A stretch of DNA of 64,000 bases from Acidobacteriota bacterium (GCA_040005235.1 JBDTZG010000019.1:1-64000), one strand, 5' to 3'. Counted from the stretch's first letter, positions 1-10,545 are shown. Program-made: numbers and translations. Notes: a model not told the origin generated them from the sequence alone.

Positions 1-103
1 GCGAGGGGGAAACACCCGTTCCCATTCCGAACACGGCAGTTAAGCCCCTCAGCGCCGATGGTACTGCACGCGCAGGTGTGTGGGAGAGTAGGTCGTTGCC
101 GGG
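1..103 (+). rRNA. rrf: 5S rRNA (5' end lies outside the window)
   Basis: Contains canonical 5S segments CCCGTTCCCATTCCGAACACGG..GTTAAGC..CAGCGCCGATGGTACTG..GGGAGAGTAGGTCG. Confidence 0.97.
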
Positions 104-116
104 AATTATCTTGTAA

Positions 117-153
117 AACGGCCCTCGAGAAATCGAGGGCCGTTAGTTTTTTT
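117..153 (+). terminator. Rho-independent terminator downstream of the 5S rRNA
   Basis: Perfect hairpin AACGGCCCTCGA-GAAA-TCGAGGGCCGTT followed by a T-run. Confidence 0.9.
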
Positions 154-178
154 GTGCTCAATTTTCCAAGGAGGCTGT

Positions 179-613
179 ATGTCGATCCTGCCATCCTCCC
201 CGGTCGAACCTTTGAATGACGACGCGTTGCTCGAAGCCTTCGAAACCACTTCCATTTCGGCCAAAGACTTTCACCACCGCGAGCACATTCGGGTGGTCTG
301 GAAGCTGATCCAGCTCGTCGGCCAAGAGCCGGCTCGCGAGCGGTTCGTCGCGGCGCTCGTCCGTCTGGCCCGCGCACATGGAGCTGACCAGCTTTACCAC
401 GAGACCCTCACGCGGGCTTGGGTCGAGCTGATCGCGGAAGCGGCGGGGCGCTCGCCCGCTTTCCGCTCATCGGAAGAGTTTCTCGTCGAGCACCCCGGTC
501 TGCTCGATCGCTCCATCCTCGATCGCCACTACTCTCCCGAGCTCCTCGCGACCGCCGAGGCGCGGAAGAGTTGGCTGCCGCCGGATCGCCTGCCGATCCT
601 CGTGGCCGCTTGA
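179..613 (+). CDS. Conserved hypothetical protein (FHHREH...YHETLT...YS motif pattern)
   Basis: GGAGG RBS before ATG179; globular His-motif protein, function unknown. Confidence 0.75.
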   Translation: MSILPSSPVEPLNDDALLEAFETTSISAKDFHHREHIRVVWKLIQLVGQEPARERFVAALVRLARAHGADQLYHETLTRAWVELIAEAAGRSPAFRSSEEFLVEHPGLLDRSILDRHYSPELLATAEARKSWLPPDRLPILVAA

Positions 614-719
614 AGACTCGCGCCGCTCGGCCGGGATATGATCTTTCGGGCCGGCGGAGAGGCGTCGCGGTCGACGCCGAGAGGAGCGGAGCCTCCGCCG
701 TCCTCCAAGGAGATTGAAA

Positions 720-899
720 ATGTTCAAGAAGTCCCCGCGAAAGCTTTCCCTACGCCGTGAAACCGTGAGCGAGCTTTCCTCCCCGCGTCTGCAGCCGGTT
801 GTCGGTGGCTGGCCGACGGACTCGAACTGTCCCACCTGCCTCATTAGCTGCGACGCGACCTGCATTTCCTGTTTCTGCCCCAGCGCGGAGTGCGGCTAG
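720..899 (+). CDS. Putative RiPP (lanthipeptide-like) precursor peptide, 59 aa
   Basis: AAGGAG RBS 7 nt before ATG720; leader KKxxRKLSLRRETV..L..VVGG; core WPTDSNCPTCLISCDATCISCFCPSAECG. Confidence 0.75.
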   Translation: MFKKSPRKLSLRRETVSELSSPRLQPVVGGWPTDSNCPTCLISCDATCISCFCPSAECG

Positions 900-907
900 G
901 TCCGATC

Positions 908-939
908 ACCCCGGCCCGCCCCGCTGGGGCGGGCCGGGT
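908..939 (+). terminator. GC-rich stem-loop after the precursor gene (terminator or mRNA-stabilising hairpin)
   Basis: CCCGGCCCGCCCC-GCT-GGGGCGGGCCGGG inverted repeat; no strong U-tract. Confidence 0.55.
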
Positions 940-958
940 CTCCCGCCCTTCTGCCCTG

Positions 959-2557
959 ATGATATCTCTCTCCGTTCGCCTCGCCGGGAAACCCGCAGCG
1001 CTCCTCCTTGCACTCCTGGCTCTCGTCTCCGGCGGCTGTCAAAGAGAAGGCGCTTTGCCCGGCAAACGTCCGCTGCTCGTAGTCGGAATCGACGGCGGCG
1101 AGTGGAAAGTGATCGAGAAACTCTGGGCACGAGGGGAGCTGCCGAACTTGCATGCGCTTGCCGATCGCGGGGTGCGCACTCATCTCAAGACGGCGTACAA
1201 CTCTTCCCCCGTCATCTGGACGACGATCGCAACTGGAGTCATCCCAAAGCGGCACGGCATCACCGACTTCGTCGTGCCGACGGCGCAAGGGGACCTGCCA
1301 GTTTCCTCCGGCCTGCGCAAGGTTCCGGCGCTCTGGAACATGACGACCACCGGCCGAAGGAAGGCCGCGGTCCTCGGCTGGTGGGCTTCCTGGCCGGCCG
1401 AGCCCATCCGCGGCGTCCTGGTCAGCGACCGGATTCTGCTCGACCTGCCGAACCGGGTCTCCCCACCCGAGATACTCGCCCGATTCCAGAAAGCCCAGGT
1501 CGCGGCGGAGAAAGAGCCGTCGCTTTTCGGCCTGGAAGAGGAATCCGAGCGGCGCGATCGGTCGATGTCCTACTTCGCCCGCGAGCTGTTGGCCAAGGGC
1601 GACCTCGACCTGATGCTGCTTTACTTCCGGAGCACCGACGTCGTCTCCCACCGGGCCTGGAAATACTTCGAGCCGGAGGCCTTCGCCCCGATTGATCCGG
1701 CCGAGCTCGAAGCGAACCGGGAGCGGGTTCCAAACGTCTATCGCGCGGTCGACGTAGAGATCGGCAAACTGCTCGAAATCTCCCCTGACGCGAACATCCT
1801 GGTGATCTCCGACCACGGCTTCCACGCCACTGCGCGCGAAGAAGAGACCAAGGTCCTGCTCGATCTCGACGCCCTGCTCGAACATCTCGGCTACCTGACG
1901 CACACCCACAAGGGAGGCGCAGTCGACTTCGCCCGGACTCAAGTCTTCAGCTACGCCTCGTCCAACTTCCGCCAAGCGCGCTTCGTCCGCTTCGCTCTCG
2001 TCGGGCGGGAGAAAGAGGGGACAGTGCGACCCGTTCAGCGCGCGGCCCTACGCGATCGACTGACCGAGGCTCTCCGCGGCATCACCTATTCCGGCGGCGA
2101 GCCGGTCTTCTTCGTCCGCGACGCTCGCCCGAAGGAAATCACCGAAGGGGCGGACTTCGTGATCGGAGTCTCCAAAGCCGGCGCCAGCGAAACTCTGATC
2201 ATCAACGGAACGCCCTGGAAAGGCGCGATCTCCGGCATTGATCGGATCTCGGGAACCCACACGACCACCACCCACGGAATCCTGATCTCCGCGGGTCCCG
2301 ATATCGATCCGAAAGCGGATCTGGCCGAGATCGACATCCACGACATCACCCCGACGCTTCTGTTTGGCCTCGGCCTACCGGTCGCCGAAGATTTCGATGG
2401 GGAGGCCTACCCCCAGTTGTTTCGCGAAGAGTTTCGCCAACGCCACCCAATGCGAAAGATCAAGAGCTGGGGCGTGCGGAAGAGCAAGAACGGGCAGGCC
2501 TCGAAGGCGGATGATCAGCTGCTGGATGATTTGCGGTCGTTGGGGTATATCCAGTAA
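959..2557 (+). CDS. Alkaline phosphatase superfamily (phosphodiesterase/nucleotide pyrophosphatase-like) lipoprotein
   Basis: VVGIDG, SPVIWTTIATG, D-x-x-x-H and VISDHGF motifs; C-terminal LRSLGYI; lipobox-like LVSGGC. Confidence 0.85.
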   Translation: MISLSVRLAGKPAALLLALLALVSGGCQREGALPGKRPLLVVGIDGGEWKVIEKLWARGELPNLHALADRGVRTHLKTAYNSSPVIWTTIATGVIPKRHGITDFVVPTAQGDLPVSSGLRKVPALWNMTTTGRRKAAVLGWWASWPAEPIRGVLVSDRILLDLPNRVSPPEILARFQKAQVAAEKEPSLFGLEEESERRDRSMSYFARELLAKGDLDLMLLYFRSTDVVSHRAWKYFEPEAFAPIDPAELEANRERVPNVYRAVDVEIGKLLEISPDANILVISDHGFHATAREEETKVLLDLDALLEHLGYLTHTHKGGAVDFARTQVFSYASSNFRQARFVRFALVGREKEGTVRPVQRAALRDRLTEALRGITYSGGEPVFFVRDARPKEITEGADFVIGVSKAGASETLIINGTPWKGAISGIDRISGTHTTTTHGILISAGPDIDPKADLAEIDIHDITPTLLFGLGLPVAEDFDGEAYPQLFREEFRQRHPMRKIKSWGVRKSKNGQASKADDQLLDDLRSLGYIQ

Positions 2558-2593
2558 TCAGTATGTAAGAGTTTTTTCCAGTCAAGTTTTCCT

Positions 2594-4963
2594 TCACTCC
2601 ACTCGATATCCCACCCCATCCGACCGCCCCAAATCATCCGTCACCACCAGCCGGTGCTCTCCGGGAACTGCCTCCAGAAACAGCTTCTCCCCCGGCTTAC
2701 CCGAGGCCACCAGGATTCCGTTCTGGTACCACCAGATGCGGTTCGCCCCCACTCCAACCCTTGCGATCAACGGAATGCGCTGGTCGCTCGACGGGGCGTC
2801 GCGCCTCATCCGGTAGGGGGTGAACGGATCGGGCGAAACGATCTTCGGCGGTTCGCGGCCGGGGAGGCTTGCGCAGTCCGGGCTGGGCTGGGGGATATTG
2901 GGGGTGCTCATTCCTTGGGCCTGCCACCAGGCGACCAGCTCCGGGGGAAAGAATTCGAGCACGATCGAGCGGTACGGGCGATTGAGGCAGTCGCCGCCGA
3001 GGAGGTCTCCGGTTTTGGCGTCAACGAAGGCTCGACGGTGGATCGGGCAGGCGGTGAGGTTTGTCTTACCGGGGAGATAGACGGTTTGAATCCGATTCGG
3101 GCAGTCGGGGGTCGGGAGTTGGCGCGAGACCGCGCAGAGCTCGATCGGTTCGATGCGCAGGCCGCGGGGGATCTTCGGCGCGCTCCCTTGCCGGTCGATC
3201 GCGCGGAAGAGATCGAACAACAAGGGGCCGGCGTGCTCGCTTCCAGAGATCCCCTGGCGCGGCGTGCCGTCGAAATTGCCGACCCAGACTCCGATCGCGT
3301 AGCGACCCGAAAAGCCGACCGCCCAGGCGTCGCGGTGGCCGTACGAGGTGCCGGTCTTCCAGGCGACGGCCGGGACCCCGGTCGCAAGTTGCCACGACTC
3401 GGGAAGATCGGGACGCTTCAAGTCGGTGAGGATCTGGGTGGTCAAGGCGGCGGCTTCGGCCGAAAACAATCGCTTGGGCGGCGGTTCGGTTCCCCGCATC
3501 CGACGGGTGGATTCCTTCGGGACGATCATCTCGACCGGACGATGGAGACCCCCTTCACCGAGCGTCGCGTAGAGGTTCACCAGGTCGAGGAGCGTCACCT
3601 CTCCGGCGCCGAGGATCATCGGCAGACCGTAGGTGGAGGTCGCCCGATCGAGGGTCGAGAGACCTCCGGCGAGCAGGAGCTTGTGGAAACGTTCGAGACC
3701 GACTTCCGAGAGAAGCCGTACGGCGCAGGCGTTCAACGAGTGGATCAGAGCGTCGCGCACGGTCGAGCGGCCGCGATAGACGTCGTCGTAGTTTTCCGCG
3801 ACGTAGCCGCCGAAATCGGTCGGGATGTCGAGCAGGTACGACTCGGGGAGTAGCCGGCCGTCGTCGAACGCCATCGTGTAGAGGAACGGCTTGAGGGTAG
3901 AGCCGGGGGACCGGCGGGCGGCGCTGCCATCGACCTGGCCCTGAAAAACCGTTTCGTCGTATCCAGCGGAACCGACCAGCGCGCGGAGCGACCGCCGGCC
4001 GTTCTCCTCCATCTCGATCACCACGGTGGCCGCGTTGCCGATGCCGAGCGCGCGCAGCTCAGAGATCCTGCGCTTCACCAGCTCTTCCGCCGTTCGTTGG
4101 ACGGTGGCGTCGATCGAAGTCCTCACCCGGGCGCGGCCGGGGGAGAGCCGCGCGATCCGCTCGGCGAGCTGCGGCGCAGAGAATGGTGCCTTCCGTTTCT
4201 TGGCCGGGAGCGGTTGGCGGAGCCCCGCGGCGATCTCCTTCTGCGAAAAAGCTCCCCGCTCGGCGAGCTGATGGAGCACCCGGTCGCGGGCCTGCCGCGC
4301 CGCGGCCGGATGGGTCGTCGGGTCGTAGCGCGAGGGGGAGCGGGGCAGAGCGGTGAGCAGTGCAATTTCACCCAGGCTCAGCTGGCTCGCCGGTTTGCCG
4401 AAATAGAACCAGGCGGCGGCACCGACCCCTTCGAGGTTGCCGCCGTAGGGGGTGAGGTTCAAGTACAGCTCCAGCTGCCGGCGTTTCGAAAGGTGGGCGG
4501 TGAGCTGGATCGCCCGCACCGCCTCGACCAACTTGGCCCAGAGCGTGCGCTTTCGGGGCGAGGCCATGCGGGCGATCTGCATTGGAATCGTCGAGGCGCC
4601 GGAGACCACCTCTCCCGCTTTGAGGTTCGCGCCCGCGGCGCGAAAAATTGCTACGAGATCGACTCCCGGGTGGCCCCAGAAGCGACGATCTTCGGAAGCC
4701 ACGAGCGCTTTGGGCAGCTCGGGCGGCAGTTCCGAGAGGTGGATCGGAAAGCGCCATTGGTCGTCCGGCGGCAGGAAGAACCGGAGCGGCTCGCCCGCGC
4801 GGTCTTCGACGATCAGCGCGGGCGCCCGATCGAGGGCGGCCCAGGGGAACGGGAACAGGAGATCGAACAGGAACGGCAGGAGCAGAAGGGCAAGCCCGCC
4901 GAGGGCGACGCGGACACCTCGGCGGGCCAGGATATTCTTCAGATTCAGCGGCAGATCCCTCAC
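2594..4963 (-). CDS. pbpC: Penicillin-binding protein 1C
   Basis: Transglycosylase motifs EDRRF and GASTIPMQ; transpeptidase motifs STLKP, SLN and KTGTSYG; immediately downstream of alpha-2-macroglobulin. Confidence 0.95.
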   Translation of the reverse strand: MRDLPLNLKNILARRGVRVALGGLALLLLPFLFDLLFPFPWAALDRAPALIVEDRAGEPLRFFLPPDDQWRFPIHLSELPPELPKALVASEDRRFWGHPGVDLVAIFRAAGANLKAGEVVSGASTIPMQIARMASPRKRTLWAKLVEAVRAIQLTAHLSKRRQLELYLNLTPYGGNLEGVGAAAWFYFGKPASQLSLGEIALLTALPRSPSRYDPTTHPAAARQARDRVLHQLAERGAFSQKEIAAGLRQPLPAKKRKAPFSAPQLAERIARLSPGRARVRTSIDATVQRTAEELVKRRISELRALGIGNAATVVIEMEENGRRSLRALVGSAGYDETVFQGQVDGSAARRSPGSTLKPFLYTMAFDDGRLLPESYLLDIPTDFGGYVAENYDDVYRGRSTVRDALIHSLNACAVRLLSEVGLERFHKLLLAGGLSTLDRATSTYGLPMILGAGEVTLLDLVNLYATLGEGGLHRPVEMIVPKESTRRMRGTEPPPKRLFSAEAAALTTQILTDLKRPDLPESWQLATGVPAVAWKTGTSYGHRDAWAVGFSGRYAIGVWVGNFDGTPRQGISGSEHAGPLLFDLFRAIDRQGSAPKIPRGLRIEPIELCAVSRQLPTPDCPNRIQTVYLPGKTNLTACPIHRRAFVDAKTGDLLGGDCLNRPYRSIVLEFFPPELVAWWQAQGMSTPNIPQPSPDCASLPGREPPKIVSPDPFTPYRMRRDAPSSDQRIPLIARVGVGANRIWWYQNGILVASGKPGEKLFLEAVPGEHRLVVTDDLGRSDGVGYRVE

Positions 4964-4967
4964 CCCC

Positions 4968-7900
4968 CTACTGCCGGACCTTCACCGTCACCTCGCCCTT
5001 GGGGCTCGTGCCCCGAAGTGCGGGGTTGTACATCGCCTCGACGTGGACCGGGGGCAGGCGGAAAGTGCCCGGAGCCACGGCGCGGACGAGGGTGTAGAAG
5101 GTCTGCCAGCTATTGGCGGGCAGGTCGGTGAACAGCAGGAACCGGTCGTCCCTGAGATCCTGATGGACGGCCCGGAGGTTGGCGTCGTTCACCCACGGGA
5201 GCTGCTCGGTCGTCTCCAGCCGCGGGTTTTCGACCTCGACGCCCGAGGCGAGGAGGCTGACGATCGCCACGTTCAGCAACGGACCCGAGACGCTGCGCAA
5301 TCGGGTTTTGACCGCCAGCAGGTCGCCCTGCTGGACGTTCGACAGATCCGCCGGTTTGCCATCGCGGGTGAGGATCTCCCGCTCGACTTCGATCCCGGCG
5401 GACTCCGGCTTGAAGCCCGAGTCGGTGGGAATCGCCCGGGTGATCACGCTGTAGAACGCCGAGCCCGGTTTGTAGCCCTTGTCCATCTCGATCCGGATCG
5501 CATCGGTCCCCTTGATGTTGCGGAACGTCACGGTTTGCTTGGTGAACGTGCCGATCTTCGTGCCGCCAGCGTAGAACGTGCCGGTGAAGGGCGGCGCGTC
5601 CGCCTGTTTCTTGTAGAACTGGCCGAGGGCAATGAACGCAAAGCCCGATTCCTGGGTGCTCCAGGTATCGACGTCGCGGGCATCGCGCGCCAGACGATCG
5701 ACCAGCTGCGCCACCCTGGGGCTCGCCGGCTGGGCGTCGAGCAGCGCCATCAGGGTGATCGCCCGGTTGCGGATCTCGGAGTTGAAGTTGCCGCCGGTCT
5801 GGCGGTTCACCTTCTCGACCTCCCCAAGGTTCGCGACCAGATCGCCCGCCGCCTGGCGGTTGCCGACGCTTGCATAAGCCCCCGCGAGGAGAGAACGCGA
5901 CTCCGGCCGCAGCGCCTTCATCTGCTTTTCGCGCAGGAAGTCCATCGTGCCCAGGTCGGCTTTTCCGGCGCGGGCGAGAACGTACAGCTCATAAGCCGTC
6001 CGCTCCAGCTCTTCCTGACCGTAGGCCGATTTCGCCTTGGCGTCGCCCGCGATCCATTTGAGCGATCCGTCGTAGAGGAAATCCTCGACCGGATGCCCGG
6101 CCCGCCGCGCCTCGACCAGGAAGTGCGCGACGTAAACGCTCGCCCACGGGTGGATCTGCTCGCCGCCCGGCCAGAGCGAGAACCCGCCGTTGAACAGCTG
6201 CATCGTGGCGAGCCGCCGCACGGCGTCCTGGACCATCACGGCCGGATCGCCGCGCCCCTTCTTCGGATCGAACAACTCCGGTTCCAGCTCCTTGGCGAGG
6301 TCGCCCATGTAAAGCAGCGGGAACGCCGAGGAGACGGTCTGCTCGGCGCAGCCGTACGGATAGCGGAGGAGATCGGACAGCTTGCCGGTGAATTGGACCA
6401 GCGGTCCGGAGCCGATCCGCACCGTGCGGACGATCGTCTCCTCGCGCAGGCCGCCGTCGTCCACCTTGAGCTTGATCTCGTCTTCCTGCATCGCCCCGGC
6501 CTGCTCGGTCGCGATCGGGAACAGATCGGCCCGGACCGGAACGTAGGCCGAAGACCGGCCCGATTCGCCGTTGCCCGAGGCGGACGCCACGAAGCGAATG
6601 TCACCCGCTCCGCCGCCCGACTCGACGTCGAAATAGACCGTCGCGTCCGTCGCGTTCGCGAGTTGGAGCGACTGCGCCCCGCCCGTGACCTTCGCGGGGC
6701 CTTGGGCGGTGAGGCTGACCTGGAACGTACCGGCCCGGCCGGTGTCGTTCCTCACCGTCACCGGCACCTTCAGCTTCTCCCCGAACGACAGCACGCGCGG
6801 GAAGGTGGGGAGCACGGCGACGGGGGTGCGCACCCGCATCAGTTTTTCGGACGAGCCGAACTTCCGGCCGTCGATCGCGACCGCCATGATCCGCAGTGCG
6901 CCCTGGAACTCCGGCACCTGGAAGGTCAACCGTGCCCGGCCCGAGGCGTCCGCGGTGATCGGACCGGACCAGAACGCGACCGGCGCGGTCCGGCGAATGC
7001 CTTCGGTCCGCACGTATTGCGACAGCCCCTCGCCCCCTTCGCCGCCGCCCTTGGCCTTGGCGCCTTCCGGGCTCACCTCGGGCAGCAATACGCCGAAGGT
7101 GTCGTAACTCAGGACGCCAAGCGCCAGCTTCCGATAGAAGAAATCGAACGGCTGCGGCGTCTTTTGGGCGATCAGCTGCAGGATGCCTTCGTCGACCGCG
7201 GAGAGCGTGATGACCGCGCCGGGCCGGGTTTGCACCTCGATCGAAACCGGCGATTCCGGCCGTATTTCATCCGGCGCGGTGATTGCCGGCTGGAGTTTGT
7301 TGGCGACCCGATCGACCGAGATCGGCACGGCGCCGAACGCGCGGCCGGCGGAGCCGGGTTCCAGATCCTTCGCCTTGCGGACCAGCGTGGCGGTCACGTA
7401 GGCGTTCGGCCGCCACGAACCGTCGACCGGGATGGTGATCTTGCCCGTGTTGCCCGCAAGGTCGAAGCTCTGGACGAAGAAAATCTTTTCGCGCTCGACC
7501 GTGAGTAGGACCTTGCCCGGGAACGGCGCGCGGATCTGAATCGTCGCCGTGTCGCCCGGCGCGTACTCTTCCTTGTCGAGATCCAGCTCCAAGCGGGTGG
7601 GGTTCTTGATCCCCCAGGGCGAATATCCCCAGCCGCTGGCGTAGAACTCGACCTCCGTCGAGGCGAGGGTGGCGGGATCGGTCAGCACGACGCGATAGCT
7701 GCCGTACTTCGTCGGGCGGAATTTGAACGTGCCGCGCGTCTTGCCCGCCGCCACCGGCAGCGTCTGGACGAGCACCGGATCGCGGGTCGATTCCCAAGCG
7801 TAGTTCCCCGCGTCGGTCCGGCGCAGCACGGTATTCCAGCGGTCGAAATAGAGCTCGGCGCGCAAGGAAGCAGCAGCGGTTTCCTTGCCGTCGGGCGAGA

Positions 7901-10421
7901 CCGCCACCCAGTCGAAGCTCTGGTCCTTGTTGATCTCGGGGAAGGCGTCGGGGTTCGGCCGCTTGAGCCCCAGGTAATAGGGGTAGGGGTGGATCTTCAA
8001 GCGCTGCAGCGCCGAGACGCCGCGCCCGCCTTGCTCTTGCACGCGCGCCGTGACGATCGCTTCGAGCGTTGACGGGACCGGCAGGCCGTCGGGCACCGCT
8101 GCGGAGAACTCCTTGCCGCCGTCGGCGTCGAGCTTGCCCTCTTCCGAGAGCAGCTCGGTGTCTTCGAGCTTCCGGTCGGCGTTGCGGAAGTTGAACGCCT
8201 CGAATCCCTTGGGCGCGAACGTCGCATCCGCGAGGCGCACCTTGCTCTCGACCGCGAGGCCGGAGGCGGGAGGCCCGAACAGGTAGTTGCTCTGCACCTT
8301 GTAGGTGAGTTTCTCGCCCGGTTTCGGTGCCTTCGCTGCGCCGGAGATCTCGACTTTGATCCGGTCGGGAACGAAATCCTCGACCGAGAACGCGTAGGTG
8401 CCGATCACGGTCTCGGCCACCTCCAGCTCCAGCGAATGCCGGCCGGTCGTGGCGTAGGCGGGAATCTGCAACGAGAACGGCGACAGGCCGCGATCGGTGA
8501 TCGAGATCCGCTGCGTGCTCCGTTCCTTCCCTTCCGGATCGCGCCAACGGAGGATCGCGGGCATCGCCGGGGAGGGTTGCAGGTCGCCATCGCGGACGAT
8601 CGCCAACCCTTCCAGCTTCTCGCCCGGCCGGTAGAGGTTGCGCTCGCCGAACAGGTAGGCGTCATAGCCGGCGCCCGACGGCTCGCCCCCTCCGACATCC
8701 AATCCGGTGGTGTCGGTCTGCATCTCGTCGAGCAGCAGGAAGCTCCAGTCGTCCCCCTTCTCGATCAGGACCATGTAGGGCGTTTTATCGGCGAGCGCTT
8801 GCGGCTCACGCAGCCGCCAGAGTCCGCTGCCGTCGGTGGTGCCCGAACCGATCGGCTGGTTCTGGTCCGAGATCAGCGTCACCTTCGCCCCGGCGACCGG
8901 CGCCAGATCCTTGTAGGACGAGACCCAGACCATGAATTCGCCCGGCCCCTTCTTAGCCACCACGCCGAGGTCGGTGACCAGCAGCCAGCGCTGCTTGCCT
9001 TCGTAGTCGTCCGGCTTCGTGACCACCATGCGGAACAGGCCGTGCTCGCCCTCCGGCACGTGCTTGTCGAGAGTGATCGGCGTCGTCACCGTCTTGTTCT
9101 TCGGCCCCTTGACCGCGATCGTTTCGGTCTTCAGGCGGTCGCCGAGAGCGTGGTTGATCTCCGAGCCTTCATAGGCGAACTCCTCGCCCCAGAAGCCGCC
9201 GTAGTTGAACAGGAAGAACAGGTTGTTCTTGTAGACCCGGTCGACGTCGAGCTTGAAGCCGTTCAGATTCACCGTGTCGATCGCCACCGTGTGATTGCCC
9301 GTGGCGGAGAGGAAGATCCCCTCGCTCTGGAAACCGACGGTCGCTTCGAGATCGGGCAGGTCGACGTCCTCTTCATAGTCCTCTTGGAGCGAAGAGTCGT
9401 CGGTCGCCGGCAGCCCTTTGGCGATTTTCATCGCGTATTTCGCGCCCGGGGCGAACGGACCGGTCAACGTGACGTTGGTGCCGTCGGCCGCCGGCTGGAA
9501 CGCGACCGCCGGGGTGAAGGTGATGTATTTCGCGGCCACCGCCGCCTCGACCGGCGAGGAGAAATGAATCGTGATCGTCGATTCCTTGTCGCCCGGCGCC
9601 GCTTCGACCCCCCGCACCACGAGCTTGATCGAGGAGCCGATCGGCACCTCTTTCGAGTAGTCCTCGCCGAGCGGGATGCTGCCGGAGACCGGCGTCAGAT
9701 CCTTCGATACGACGATCTTCGCCGTCCGCTCGTCGACCTGCTTCTGCACCGGATCGGTGCGGTACTCGACTTCCTGCGAGGCCCAAGTGGTCAGGAGATG
9801 GATCGGCACGTCGCCCGCGACCGGATCGACCAGTTTGATCTGCTTGATCAGGACTTCAGGGTCGACGGGGTAGTTGAATTTGAAAAAGCCGTGGAATGCG
9901 ATGCGCGCCTTGCCTGCGACCTCTTCTTCGGCGTCGACGCCCGAAATCAGGAACTTGTCCGTAACCACTTCGAGCTCGGTGTCGCCGGAGAAAATCTGCC
10001 CCGGCCGCAGAATGCGTTCGGGAATCAGCTCGATCTTGTATTTCGAAGCGATCGGAAAGCCGCCGCTGGGGGAAAAGCGCAACGCGTTCGTATCCTGCCA
10101 GCGCCATGACCCGGCAATCGCCGGATCGATCGTCGCAGGCGCCTCGGCCAGCACCTGCCCCTGAAGACCCTCGCCGAGCGGCCGGTCGAACAGGATGTCG
10201 ACGTACTGGCGGGCGTCGCGATCGACCAGGACGTCGAACACCGAGACCGTCTCGCCGCCGGTCGCCCCAGCATGAAGCTTCGCGGTCATCCGCGAAAGCT
10301 GGTCGCGGAAGGCAAAGGCGGACATCCCGACCAGGGACACCCCGAGCGCGATCAGCAGTACATCTTTCCAACGAGGGCGCGCGGGATTTTTGTCCCGGGG
10401 CTGCGAGAGCGGGAGCGACAT
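4968..10421 (-). CDS. Bacterial alpha-2-macroglobulin family protein
   Basis: 1817 aa; YRPGE MG domain motif; thioester motif YPYGCAEQ; EAMY near the C-terminus; paired with pbpC. Confidence 0.95.
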   Translation of the reverse strand: MSLPLSQPRDKNPARPRWKDVLLIALGVSLVGMSAFAFRDQLSRMTAKLHAGATGGETVSVFDVLVDRDARQYVDILFDRPLGEGLQGQVLAEAPATIDPAIAGSWRWQDTNALRFSPSGGFPIASKYKIELIPERILRPGQIFSGDTELEVVTDKFLISGVDAEEEVAGKARIAFHGFFKFNYPVDPEVLIKQIKLVDPVAGDVPIHLLTTWASQEVEYRTDPVQKQVDERTAKIVVSKDLTPVSGSIPLGEDYSKEVPIGSSIKLVVRGVEAAPGDKESTITIHFSSPVEAAVAAKYITFTPAVAFQPAADGTNVTLTGPFAPGAKYAMKIAKGLPATDDSSLQEDYEEDVDLPDLEATVGFQSEGIFLSATGNHTVAIDTVNLNGFKLDVDRVYKNNLFFLFNYGGFWGEEFAYEGSEINHALGDRLKTETIAVKGPKNKTVTTPITLDKHVPEGEHGLFRMVVTKPDDYEGKQRWLLVTDLGVVAKKGPGEFMVWVSSYKDLAPVAGAKVTLISDQNQPIGSGTTDGSGLWRLREPQALADKTPYMVLIEKGDDWSFLLLDEMQTDTTGLDVGGGEPSGAGYDAYLFGERNLYRPGEKLEGLAIVRDGDLQPSPAMPAILRWRDPEGKERSTQRISITDRGLSPFSLQIPAYATTGRHSLELEVAETVIGTYAFSVEDFVPDRIKVEISGAAKAPKPGEKLTYKVQSNYLFGPPASGLAVESKVRLADATFAPKGFEAFNFRNADRKLEDTELLSEEGKLDADGGKEFSAAVPDGLPVPSTLEAIVTARVQEQGGRGVSALQRLKIHPYPYYLGLKRPNPDAFPEINKDQSFDWVAVSPDGKETAAASLRAELYFDRWNTVLRRTDAGNYAWESTRDPVLVQTLPVAAGKTRGTFKFRPTKYGSYRVVLTDPATLASTEVEFYASGWGYSPWGIKNPTRLELDLDKEEYAPGDTATIQIRAPFPGKVLLTVEREKIFFVQSFDLAGNTGKITIPVDGSWRPNAYVTATLVRKAKDLEPGSAGRAFGAVPISVDRVANKLQPAITAPDEIRPESPVSIEVQTRPGAVITLSAVDEGILQLIAQKTPQPFDFFYRKLALGVLSYDTFGVLLPEVSPEGAKAKGGGEGGEGLSQYVRTEGIRRTAPVAFWSGPITADASGRARLTFQVPEFQGALRIMAVAIDGRKFGSSEKLMRVRTPVAVLPTFPRVLSFGEKLKVPVTVRNDTGRAGTFQVSLTAQGPAKVTGGAQSLQLANATDATVYFDVESGGGAGDIRFVASASGNGESGRSSAYVPVRADLFPIATEQAGAMQEDEIKLKVDDGGLREETIVRTVRIGSGPLVQFTGKLSDLLRYPYGCAEQTVSSAFPLLYMGDLAKELEPELFDPKKGRGDPAVMVQDAVRRLATMQLFNGGFSLWPGGEQIHPWASVYVAHFLVEARRAGHPVEDFLYDGSLKWIAGDAKAKSAYGQEELERTAYELYVLARAGKADLGTMDFLREKQMKALRPESRSLLAGAYASVGNRQAAGDLVANLGEVEKVNRQTGGNFNSEIRNRAITLMALLDAQPASPRVAQLVDRLARDARDVDTWSTQESGFAFIALGQFYKKQADAPPFTGTFYAGGTKIGTFTKQTVTFRNIKGTDAIRIEMDKGYKPGSAFYSVITRAIPTDSGFKPESAGIEVEREILTRDGKPADLSNVQQGDLLAVKTRLRSVSGPLLNVAIVSLLASGVEVENPRLETTEQLPWVNDANLRAVHQDLRDDRFLLFTDLPANSWQTFYTLVRAVAPGTFRLPPVHVEAMYNPALRGTSPKGEVTVKVRQ

Positions 10422-10545
10422 GGGTGTTGGCCTCCGAAAGACCGAAAATAAAGTGGGGAGAGGATTCTACATCTAGTGCGGCGTAAACCGATGGGCGTTC
10501 TGGTGGGTCAACGCCGGGAGTATCGGCGCGAAAAACGCTATCTGA

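Noticed and set aside
104-180. tRNA following the 5S rRNA
   Set aside because: Only a terminator hairpin is present; I noticed no tRNA-like cloverleaf here or elsewhere in the window.
4452-7508. 1018-aa plus-strand ORF and the many similar long overlapping ORFs
   Set aside because: Shadow ORFs typical of high-GC DNA, antisense to or out of frame with recognisable genes, with Arg/Pro-rich composition and no motifs.
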